Below the pieces are notes generated by a model. The model made no database searches. It saw only the letters and a list, made by a program, of their open reading frames with translations, and was not told the DNA's origin. From the IMG/VR virus record IMGVR_UViG_3300048503_000069: DNA of 32,724 nt. One strand, given 5' to 3'. Of this stretch, positions 18,195 to 27,900 are shown in pieces. The stretch is from an uncultured virus (IMG/VR IMGVR_UViG_3300048503_000069). Taxonomy: Duplodnaviria > Heunggongvirae > Uroviricota > Caudoviricetes. A program made the position numbers and the translations under genes. Positions within the stretch are counted from its first letter, which is position 1. The number at the start of each line of letters is the position of its first letter.

Positions 18195-18551
18195 ATGTTG
18201 GATATTACATTAACGAAAGAACAAGAAGAGCAATGTCGCTGTCCGACGTGCTCGACGCTTACACTAAATAAGCTCACCGGCGCACCATTTTGTGCAAAAG
18301 GCACGAGTAAAAAAGCAATGGGGCTTAAGCTTCATAACGGCTGCTCGTGTATTGGCTGTCAAATGAGAAAAAAGCACGATATAGTCTGTAGGGGGGTTTT
18401 ATATTGTATGCTCGAAGACGGAAAACATACACCCGGCGCGTTCGAAGAAGGCAATAAAGTAGGCGAAGCGTCGAAAGATGCACCGAATAAAGTGGAAGTT
18501 GAAGTTACACCCGCTGGTGCGGATGCTGGCGCCATTGAATTAGAGAGGTAA
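18195..18551 (+). CDS. Cys-rich DUF2769-like protein
   Basis: CRCPTC...FCAKG.S...GCSCIGC...LYC spacing resembles the mainly archaeal DUF2769; RBS AAGGAG. Confidence 0.6.
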   Translation: MLDITLTKEQEEQCRCPTCSTLTLNKLTGAPFCAKGTSKKAMGLKLHNGCSCIGCQMRKKHDIVCRGVLYCMLEDGKHTPGAFEEGNKVGEASKDAPNKVEVEVTPAGADAGAIELER

Positions 18552-18556
18552 AAAAG

Positions 18557-19102
18557 ATGGCAAGTCATATGTGGTCTAACGGAATAAATTACCTAACGGC
18601 CGGTCTATCGACAGGGGCAACTATTACACCTGCCGATATGGTTTCGTGGACGCAACCATATACAGGGGTTTCTGCTACCGCGACGGCACCGTATAACGCG
18701 TGGTCTGGTTACCTTCGTTGTTCGCTTAACTCGGGCATGGGAACCTACACCTCGAGCACGTTCGAAAACACACAAACAGAAATCACCGGAACAAGTTACA
18801 TCTCACTTGGTGCAGATATTACCGGCGCGGGCCACAATCAGACAAGCGTCTCGGTTAATAGCTCGCATATCGACTACGTAGCGAGTCAATCAGATACGTC
18901 ACCAGAATGGCTAACGATGACGACAAATTCTCCGTATCCACAGTACGGCTCGATATTCGCGTCTACAGGGACTCGAAGCTCAAGTCCGGTTCTTTGTGTG
19001 TTCGACTTCGGTACTACGTATCAATGCACGGCTGGTACTTTTAGTATCACATTCGGCACAGACTCGGTTGCTCACACCGTATTCGCAATAACTGTATCGT
19101 AG
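18557..19102 (+). CDS. Small beta-rich virion structural protein
   Basis: TEITGTSY..LG, PEW..., VLCVFDFGTTYQCTAGTFSITF resemble a widespread phage family (EVSGTGYTAGG...DFG...T.GTFTI); RBS GAGGT. Confidence 0.65.
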   Translation: MASHMWSNGINYLTAGLSTGATITPADMVSWTQPYTGVSATATAPYNAWSGYLRCSLNSGMGTYTSSTFENTQTEITGTSYISLGADITGAGHNQTSVSVNSSHIDYVASQSDTSPEWLTMTTNSPYPQYGSIFASTGTRSSSPVLCVFDFGTTYQCTAGTFSITFGTDSVAHTVFAITVS

Positions 19103-19104
19103 AT

Positions 19105-19144
19105 GAGGCGGGTTAATGCTCGTCTCGACCCTTTATTCTAAGGG
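19105..19144 (+). terminator. Tandem intergenic hairpins
   Basis: GAGGCGGG/CTCGTCTC (19105-19126, two G-U pairs) and CCCTT/AAGGG (19129-19144). Confidence 0.45.
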
Positions 19145-19174
19145 ACGTTCTATTCTAGCGGAGCTTATCATTAA

Positions 19175-19483
19175 ATGACACTTTACTCGAAAGTCGGCAC
19201 ATTTACGACGCCAACGAGTACCGGCAATCAGACGGTTAGCGGCATAGGCTTTACGCCAGTTGCGGTTATTATATGGGGAATTGCAGACGACGGCAATGGG
19301 TGGGTTAGTGACTCACAATTCGGTATGGGGTTTTCTGCATATAACTCGGCAAAAAGCGCATTTCAACAGGGTGCGACCTCAACGGCGGGGGCCAGTGGTG
19401 TAACTACTCGACAAACCCTTTTTCTTTTAACTAGCGGAGGTTATTTAGGACAGAGGCCTCAATTAGCGGAGCGTATATGGTAG
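19175..19483 (+). CDS. Short, possibly truncated tail-fibre-type beta domain
   Basis: VGTFTTPTSTGNQTVSGIGFTPVAVIIW is a typical fibre-domain start. The last ~25 aa lose this character and overlap the next ORF. Confidence 0.55.
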   Translation: MTLYSKVGTFTTPTSTGNQTVSGIGFTPVAVIIWGIADDGNGWVSDSQFGMGFSAYNSAKSAFQQGATSTAGASGVTTRQTLFLLTSGGYLGQRPQLAERIW

Positions 19484-21942
19484 TAGGGATTCCAACATAC
19501 ATTGCAGCGGTAGCAAGTGGAACGAGTGTCCTTACGGTATTTAACGTAGGCGCTGATGCAGTACCCTACGCAACGTACTCTATTGATGGGGGGGCTACGT
19601 GGACCGCGTGGACTAATACTAACATAGGGGGTTATGGTGTCGTAGCCCCCCCAATAGCTGTTTCTTCCGCGAGCAACACCATCGACCTTTTTGTTTATAA
19701 CGGCACCTCTATTTATTGGAATCGTTGTACAAACGTTACAAGTCATACTTGGGCGGGTTTTACAGCACTCGCTTCACTTCCTTATGCCCCTTACACTGGC
19801 ACTAATATGGCCGTCTCTTCACCAGGGAGCGGCGTTCTAGATATAGTATATACTGCTTCAACACAGGCCGTCTACTGGAACCATTATAACGGTTCAACAT
19901 GGAGCGGCTGGTCAACTCTCAGTGGTGGTACTACCTACACCGCCTCAGTTATGTCTCTCAGCACCACTAGCTTAATTGTAGGTGTAGCTGGTGGTGCTGG
20001 TGTTTTTTATTACAAACTGTATTCGGGCAATTGGGGGCCATGGACAAGTATTAGTGGGGCCACCCTCACAGGTGCTCCGTCTTCCACTAAGTATTCCACC
20101 AACAACGTATTTTTTGCCATAGACGCCTCTAACAAGGTTTGGTGTTCAGTTAATTATGGCACCTTCGCCCAAATATCTTCCGGAGTAGGTTCACCCGTAG
20201 CCGTTGGGGCGGCCCGTACCTCGTCTGATACTGTTGTTGTTATACGGAATACTGCTGCAAGCAACTACCTTTATGCTGCTCATGATACAGGTTCGTGGGG
20301 TTCGTGGGCCGCAGTTGACTCAACGCACGCGCTTTCGACGTTTGGTCCGGTAATCATCGCAGGAGCAGCGGCAAACCAAGTAGACGTCTTTTATATCGAT
20401 ACAAATGGAGCTATATGGCACACCGCTTATGCGGGTACAAGCTGGACCACCCCCAACTCAGTACCAAATATTGCTCAAGATGCCACAGTATCGCTTACAC
20501 CAATCTCAAGCGCTGCGGCAACACAAGCACCGACGTTACGTGGTGACGCTAACGTACCCACACTTACTTCAATTTCAAGCGCGGCAGCGACACAAGCACC
20601 GACGATAGCGCGAGCGGACGCTAAATTAGCTACACTTACCCCGATTTCAAGCGCAGCAGCAGCTCAAGCACCGACGATAGCCGAAGCAGATTGTAACATA
20701 CCAGCATTATCACCCATCACAAGCGCGGTCGCACCCGTCGCACCAGCATTGCGGGGTGACGCTAATATACCGACTTTAACGCCGGTTTCTAACTCAGCCG
20801 CGAGCGTGGCGGCTACTATCGCGCGAGCGGACTGTAACATACCCGCGCTCACACCGATTAGCTCAACTGCGGCGACAATTTCGTTATCTTCTCTTATAAT
20901 AAGCGTTGGTCTTACGTTATCCACAATTACTAACACCGTTGCACCTATTACGCCGACGGCCCGAGCTGATGCTATAGTACCCACGCTTACACCTATTAGC
21001 TCATCGGCTTCGATTATTTCGCCTACGACAGTAGTAAGCGTAGCTGTTTTATTAGCCGCGATTAACGCAACGGCCGCAGCTATAGACGCTTCTATAGCTC
21101 AAGCAGATGCAATATTATCCCTCTTATCACCCCCGGGTGCGGTAGCGAGCGTCACATCACCAGCTCTCACAATTAGCGCCGCACTCACACTTTCACCCAT
21201 TAATGTTAATTCGTCTATAATAGCACTTTCTTCTCTACGTGCAGATGCTATTATCCCCTCACTTACACCGATAACAAGCACGGCAGCGACCGTAGGCGTA
21301 ACCGTATCGACCGGCTCGTTTGTACATATTCTTCTCACACCTATTGGTTCAAACGCGGGGGTTATCGCTCCCGCGCTTCGTTCTGACGCGGTTTTACCTA
21401 CGTTAACACCCGTAACGAGCACCGCTGCGCCAGTTACCCCGCTAATATCGACGAGTGTGGCAATCATCTTAGCGACGATTGGTGCAACTGCTATAGCAGT
21501 AGACGCAAGTGTTTCACAGGCAGACTCATTCATAAACGTTTCACCAATTCTCTCTTCAGCATCTACTTTCGATGTTTCGGTTTATGTTGGTGCGCTTCTT
21601 AGCATATTAGCCTCGGAAGCGCTCGTAATAAACATTCTCGACACGCAAAATGGTTTGTACTTACCAGAGAGCGGTCAATTATTCCAATACGAACAAATAA
21701 GTCTTAATACAACTCTTGATAGAGTTATCTTAGTCGCTAGTGACATAATAAACGAAATTGCACTACTTACACCGATTGAATTTATACTTCCCGAGACGCG
21801 AGTAGGTGAAAGCATAACACTTACCGATGAAGAAGGAAACGAAACCGATACGAGTGTATTAGAGAAAATATGGCGACCCGCTTCGATACCGGAACCGGCT
21901 ACGATTATTGTATTAGAGACGTCAAACGTGGAGGAAATCTAA
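19477..21942 (+). CDS. Tail fibre/adhesin: lectin-like beta-propeller plus repeat stalk
   Basis: Trp-rich blades (DIVYT...VYWNHYNGSTWSGWSTLSG), ~16 Ala/Thr/Ser repeats, and acidic E..L.P.E repeats at the C-terminus; GGAG 5 nt before ATG. Confidence 0.75.
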   Translation: MVVGIPTYIAAVASGTSVLTVFNVGADAVPYATYSIDGGATWTAWTNTNIGGYGVVAPPIAVSSASNTIDLFVYNGTSIYWNRCTNVTSHTWAGFTALASLPYAPYTGTNMAVSSPGSGVLDIVYTASTQAVYWNHYNGSTWSGWSTLSGGTTYTASVMSLSTTSLIVGVAGGAGVFYYKLYSGNWGPWTSISGATLTGAPSSTKYSTNNVFFAIDASNKVWCSVNYGTFAQISSGVGSPVAVGAARTSSDTVVVIRNTAASNYLYAAHDTGSWGSWAAVDSTHALSTFGPVIIAGAAANQVDVFYIDTNGAIWHTAYAGTSWTTPNSVPNIAQDATVSLTPISSAAATQAPTLRGDANVPTLTSISSAAATQAPTIARADAKLATLTPISSAAAAQAPTIAEADCNIPALSPITSAVAPVAPALRGDANIPTLTPVSNSAASVAATIARADCNIPALTPISSTAATISLSSLIISVGLTLSTITNTVAPITPTARADAIVPTLTPISSSASIISPTTVVSVAVLLAAINATAAAIDASIAQADAILSLLSPPGAVASVTSPALTISAALTLSPINVNSSIIALSSLRADAIIPSLTPITSTAATVGVTVSTGSFVHILLTPIGSNAGVIAPALRSDAVLPTLTPVTSTAAPVTPLISTSVAIILATIGATAIAVDASVSQADSFINVSPILSSASTFDVSVYVGALLSILASEALVINILDTQNGLYLPESGQLFQYEQISLNTTLDRVILVASDIINEIALLTPIEFILPETRVGESITLTDEEGNETDTSVLEKIWRPASIPEPATIIVLETSNVEEI
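20476..21590 (+). repeat. Type-A repeats, ~16 x 22-25 aa (R-ADA-x-I/V-P-T-L-T-P-I-S-S-x-A-A)
   Basis: e.g. GDANVPTLTSISSAAATQAPTIAR / ADAKLATLTPISSAAAAQAPTIAE. Confidence 0.85.
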
Positions 21943-21943
21943 T

Positions 21944-24900
21944 ATGTTACCGCTTATTTATTACGTTCCTCAGAATAGCTCAACGTGGACGAATCTCGGC
22001 TCAGCAGGAACCGCGTATAACGGAAGCGTTAGTGTAAATAGATATAACGCACCAGACTCGACGCACGGCGCGCCGTTTTGGGGCCGAACTGATACGAACG
22101 ATTATATTTGTTATAAAGGTACTGATATTGATAATCTAAATACAATCGGTTTCGAAATCGGTTTCGAATATGCTGCCTATAACGGAACCGGCCTCGCAAA
22201 ACTTTGGGATAAAGGCGTTGGCACGTTTTTCCTACAGATTAACGAAAACACACATAAACTACTTCTCTATCGAACAACTAATCTTTCCGGCGGCGGTCAG
22301 GGTGAGGTCTATTGGACCGCAACAACAACGTCACTCACATCAGGTAATGAGTATTATATCCAAGTTGGCTGGACGTGCGGCACGCCAGCGAGTCCGGGTA
22401 CTCCGCACATATACATAAGCGCTAACGGCGGAACACCAGCATTACAGAGCCTAACATATTCGGGCGCGTCGAGTGGAACGTGGGCGAGCGACGCAGGCCT
22501 ACCTGCAAATGTCTTTAACTATAGCTCAAGTTCTAATTGTCCGAGCAGTTCCGGCAGCTATGGTTTAACAGGATATCTATACGTATTTCGACAGTACAAC
22601 ACCGACATATCGAGTTATATCACTAGCGCGAGTAATGGTTCATGGTACATAGATAAGCGTCGAATGTATTCGTGGATTACAAACTATGGTAGTGGACTTA
22701 ATACTTTCTTCGGCTATGAGACGATTAGCGGCAACTCGGCTTTCCCTAAAAGCGGCACGGCTATTGGAAACGTCGACCAACTTGCGGGATTTACCGGCCA
22801 TTCTCATTACGATGGTTCATTATGTTATGCGCCACTAGGCACGAGTTACGCGCAGTGGGTATGGCAGAATAATAACGATTATATCTACACAAACGGCGCG
22901 TATTCGCTTACGGCCCCGGCAATTAACGATGTAGCCGTTTTTTCGTCAGAGATTGCCTTTTATTATGACGGTAATTGGGGTTCCGCGACGTATCCGCGAA
23001 TATTTTCGAAAATGGATTCTAGCTCAGGAGAGTTCACACTATATCTCGATGCGTCCGGCGGCGCTGACACTGGTAACCTTATTCTTCAGCGAGAGTGTAC
23101 CGACGGTAGCATTGACACGTGGATGACTACCACGACAAAGTTAACGGCGGGTAACTGGTATGAAGTACAAGTCTTGTGGGTGTGTGGGTGTGGCCCTAGC
23201 TCGCCCCCGTACAGCGCACCAGTTATTCACATTAACACCGTCACTCAATACGTCGCTCATAATCAAATCGGCGGGGCGGATTGGGTTTTCGACGGAGCGG
23301 GTAATTTAGTAATTGGTAACCGCGACGGTTCGCTCGGGCTTGGCGAATGTATGCAGGGAAGCCTCGTTATCTTTAGATGGTATCCTTATAATGCGTCGAG
23401 TCTTTTCGCGTCGGATTACGCGAGCGATAGCCAGCAGTGGCCGCTAACCGCAAGTTCGATTTCGATTAGCGCACCGGCTTCGGCTATACAGAGTCAGAAC
23501 TTTACGATTAGCGGCACGCTTTCTTATGCGTCCGGCGGAATCTCCGGTGCGACTATCTCACTCTTAAACGCGGATACTATGGGTGTTATTACTACTACCA
23601 CCACAGACGGTAGTGGCAACTATTCGTTTAGTATTAGTTCATCGACATTAGGCTCTAGCGACTTTAAAACCTCTTTTGCCGGTAATTCTACGTATTCTAG
23701 TTCAATAAGTGCGGAAGTAACCGTTACTATATCATCCGGCATCATTTACGACGTCGACGGTGCGATTGTAACTAACTGTCAAGTAGAGTTTATAGGCTCG
23801 TCTTTTCCATCATCCGGCACAACGATAACAAACGTCGGACAAGCTTCGGGTGAGAACGGAACTGCATATCAAAATGATTATACGTTAGTAGCTGCCGGAG
23901 ACGCGGGATGGGTGTTCCCGAATAATCCATCTGATATGATAACCGTACCTGCTAATGCGGTCTTAGATGATATGCAGGCGGTGACGTATGAATTTCTTGT
24001 TTATTATGCGGGTGGTAGTGGAAATTTATATTCTAAAGGGGACGCCTCAAATCTAAATTACCCCTTAATGTCTATACAGTTTAATTCCACAAGTAACTGC
24101 CTACAAGTTAATAAAGTCGCTTCTACTGGCACGCGTTGGAATACGTGGTTTACAACTACTACACCAGTAACGGCCGGTAACTGGTATTTTATTCAGATAA
24201 CGTGGAACGTCGGCACAACTGAAGGAACTGCAAATCCGATTTGTTATATTAATAATGTTAATCAAACGATTTCTCAGGCGCTAACGAACACTGGAAGTTG
24301 GACTACCGATGCAGGGGGTATCATATGTATCGGGAATGAGTACCCCGCTGCAAATCCGAGTCAGTTCTACGGGACTCTAGTAGTAGCTAGAATTCATAAC
24401 GTTATCCTTACCTCCGGTGCAGGTAGTCAGCTAGAAGGTAATTATAACGCGAGTAAATGGCGCGCACCTACAATTAAAAACGCATATGTAAACGTTGATG
24501 TGCCGGGTGCCGCTGCTGCACTAATCACACTAAGCAAAATACGAACCGACGCGAAGCTTAACGTTTCATCTATCGTTTCTAATGCGACAGCAGTTAGTTC
24601 CGTTGTTTCTCGCGCAGACGCGAAAATTAACGTTGCCACTATTACGAGTACGGCCGCACCTGTAACGTGTATTCCGGGACTCGGGCATTCTATTACCGTA
24701 GACGTACCGGGCGCGGTAGCTGCACCCATCACGCCATCCGCGTTTACTACCGGCATTACCTCGCCGGAAACCGACTCACTCGCCGCGTCTACAGAAGCGG
24801 GAAGTTTAAGTAACGTAACCGTAACCATAGCTGAAGCCGATTCCCTAGCGCCGTCTGAAAACGTTTTATCGAATACTTCAATAGCCGAAACGGATGCGCT

Positions 24901-27900
24901 CATAGCGTCAGAGACGCCGAACGTCGCGCTCGAGGCCGATGAGGTTAGTACCCTTACACCAATCGAGGCACCATCAACCGTAGCTACATTAGCCTCTACC
25001 GAAATAGACACACTTATACCAATAGAAGCGTTAACGATTGAAGAAGATATAACGATAGGAGAAACCGACGCGCTAAGCGAAGTAGAACAATCGGGAGTCG
25101 GTGGTAATTATGAGTACGTTAACGCATCAGAAGACATTATATTACTCAACCTCGAAACGCAAGCGTTAAGTGCGACCGCAGAAGCAGACGAGACGCAGGT
25201 TCTAACACCGGACGAAGAGGTTATAGATGAAGCTGATTTAACTGAAATCGATACGATTATACCCATAGAAGCGCCAGCAGGCGAGGTAGATGTCGGCGAG
25301 ACTACTTTAATATCATCAACAACTGAGACTATCGATACCGAGGCGTACTATTCGCCGGTTATACACGAAACCGTTGTACTTACGCCGATAGAAGCAACCG
25401 GCACGGATAGCGGAATCGTAGCATCGGTAATCGTTAACGAGTTTATTACACTAAAACCTCTTGAATTAACCACCCCTCAGATTCCGGTGCTTGTCGCCGA
25501 ACCGGAAATACTCGTCACTTTCGAAGAGATATTACCCGAGGTTGTTATCGATTATGCCGATAGCGATACGCTAGACATAACCGAATCTATAAGCATCGAA
25601 GCGAAGTTCTCTCCGTTACAGGGACTCGTAGAAAGTGACGCGCTTAATCCTCTAGAAACGTCAACGTTCGCGTCGACGCTTAGTATTAATGAATCTACGA
25701 AACTCGCGCCGTCTGAAACCGCGCATCTTACACTAGCAGAAGTCGAATATATAACGCATAACGAAGTGATATACCTCGACGCCGAGGACTCAACGCTTAA
25801 CGACCCCGTTGTACTAATACAGACGCCACACGGTCCCGCGACGATAGACGCGCTTGAGGTACAAATTAACACTACTGAATCTAACAAGCTTAATTCTATA
25901 GAAGTCGCAGATATTAATCCGAATGTCTATCACGCACCACCTCCGCTAGTTGATTATGTCTTAGAAGTTCGAAAGAAGGACGGTAAAAATTGGGATTTAG
26001 TAGGCGTATTAGAAAACCGCGTCGCACCAGAGTTACAATGTGAAGTAGGTGCGGCCGACCAGCTTACCTTTAACCTCCCACTTTCCGACCCAAAATCGCT
26101 TTTATTTAACGCATCTAACACGCGTGGATTAGAGGTATGGTATTACGGTAGAGACTCGAAGCTTAAACAAGTTTTTACGATTACCGGCGGCGGTAAGACA
26201 GAAGGCTATCGAGACTACGGCGGAAACCCAGGTGGAAGCGGTAGCACGCTCGGAACCGGCTCGGGAGATTGGCTCTACGTTACCGCGATTGGGCCTGAGG
26301 CATATCTAACAATGTATTATGTCGCAGACTACACCGCAACGCAAAAGTATGTTTCTTCGATATTAAACGCTATTTGTGGAGAAATAATAGATGATGGATA
26401 TATAACCGCCATTCTCGTTGACCCTGCTCTTAATAAACTAATTGATATTGACTTATCGTGGGAAAACCTACAGAGTGCGTTAGGTAACATCATTCAACAA
26501 ACCGGCGGCTATATGCGCGTCTTAGTAAACTCGAATAACCCGTCGAGTCGAGTACTATATCTCTCAAGTGAAGTCGCTTCAGACATATTCCCGATTAATC
26601 TCGGCGGCGTGACGGCTGATTCGGTGGGCGTTTGCTCGTGGGGGCCAAATAGATTAGACTTATTCGCGCGAGGCGAAAACTCGAGTATCTATCATAAATA
26701 TTGGAACGGTACTTCGTGGTCTGGTTGGGCTACTCTTGGCGGAACCACTGATAGCGCGCCTACCGCGTGCTCGTGGGGGCCGAATAGAATAGACGTTTTC
26801 GTTCGCGGAACTGATAATATATTATATCAAAAATATTGGAACGGTGCGTGGTCTACATGGATACCACTCGGTGGCACGCTCACCTCTGCACCAGCCGCAG
26901 CTTCGTGGGGGCTAAATCGCATCGATGTAGTTGCTCGCGGAACGAACAATCAACTATACCACATATACTGGAACGGTATAAATTGGTCAACGTGGGGTAC
27001 TCTAGGCGGCGACTGCACGAGCGACCCGGCTATAGTATCGTGGGGTGAAAACAGACTAGACGTCTTCGTGCGCGGCACCACTATGGAGTTGTATCATACG
27101 CGATGGGACGGTTCAACGTGGTCGACGTGGGAAAACCTCGGCGGTTATCTAACCACCGGCCCGGGCGCTGCGTCGTGGGGGGAGAATAGAATAGACGTTT
27201 TCGCTGGCGGAGAGGATAACGAGCTAGAATGGCAATATTGGGGTGGCGACGTTGGTACTCCAATTCACCAGCAGGGAATCGCGTTCGACGGGACGTATTA
27301 TTATTATACAACGGATTCTACGATTTATAAGCTCGACGCAAGTTATAACGTCATTGCGTCTAACGCAAACGCGGCCACGCAGTGTGGTGGTGACCACCTC
27401 GGCGGTTTAGGCATACATAGCGGAACTATATACCAATTCTGCACAACGGATGAGACGCCGCAAGTTATGATGGTTGGATTATTTAATACGAGCGATTTAA
27501 GCTTTATAAGAAATGTCGATTTAACGAAAGTCGCCGGGAATCCGCCGACGTGGAGTACTTATAACATCGGCGGCGTGGGTGTAGACGCTGCGAATAACGA
27601 ACTTGTAGCGATTCACTTCGGTGACGCCGGTAGTCTGTCAGTCGTGGCCCCAAAGGTGTTTAAATTCAACTTGAGCACGTTTGCGTACTTAGGTTACATT
27701 ACTGGAACGGGCGACTTAGGAATCTATTATCAAGGCATCTGCCCGTATGATGGGGTTTATTATTACACCGTCGATAATTCGTCAAACGCCAACTCACCTA
27801 CGCATCTACTCGGCGGCGTGTATATGATGAACCCTGACGGAACGGGCCAGACGATGATAATACCTGCGTCTGTTTTCAATAATGCGGTATCCGATTTAGC

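Noticed and set aside
19415..19434. CTT TTT CTT TTA as a -1 slippery site joining the 19175 and 19477 ORFs
   Set aside because: The -1 frame has TAG at 19432-19434 immediately downstream.
20476..27245. CRISPR-like or non-coding repeat array
   Set aside because: The repeats are degenerate at synonymous positions and in frame, so they are protein repeats.
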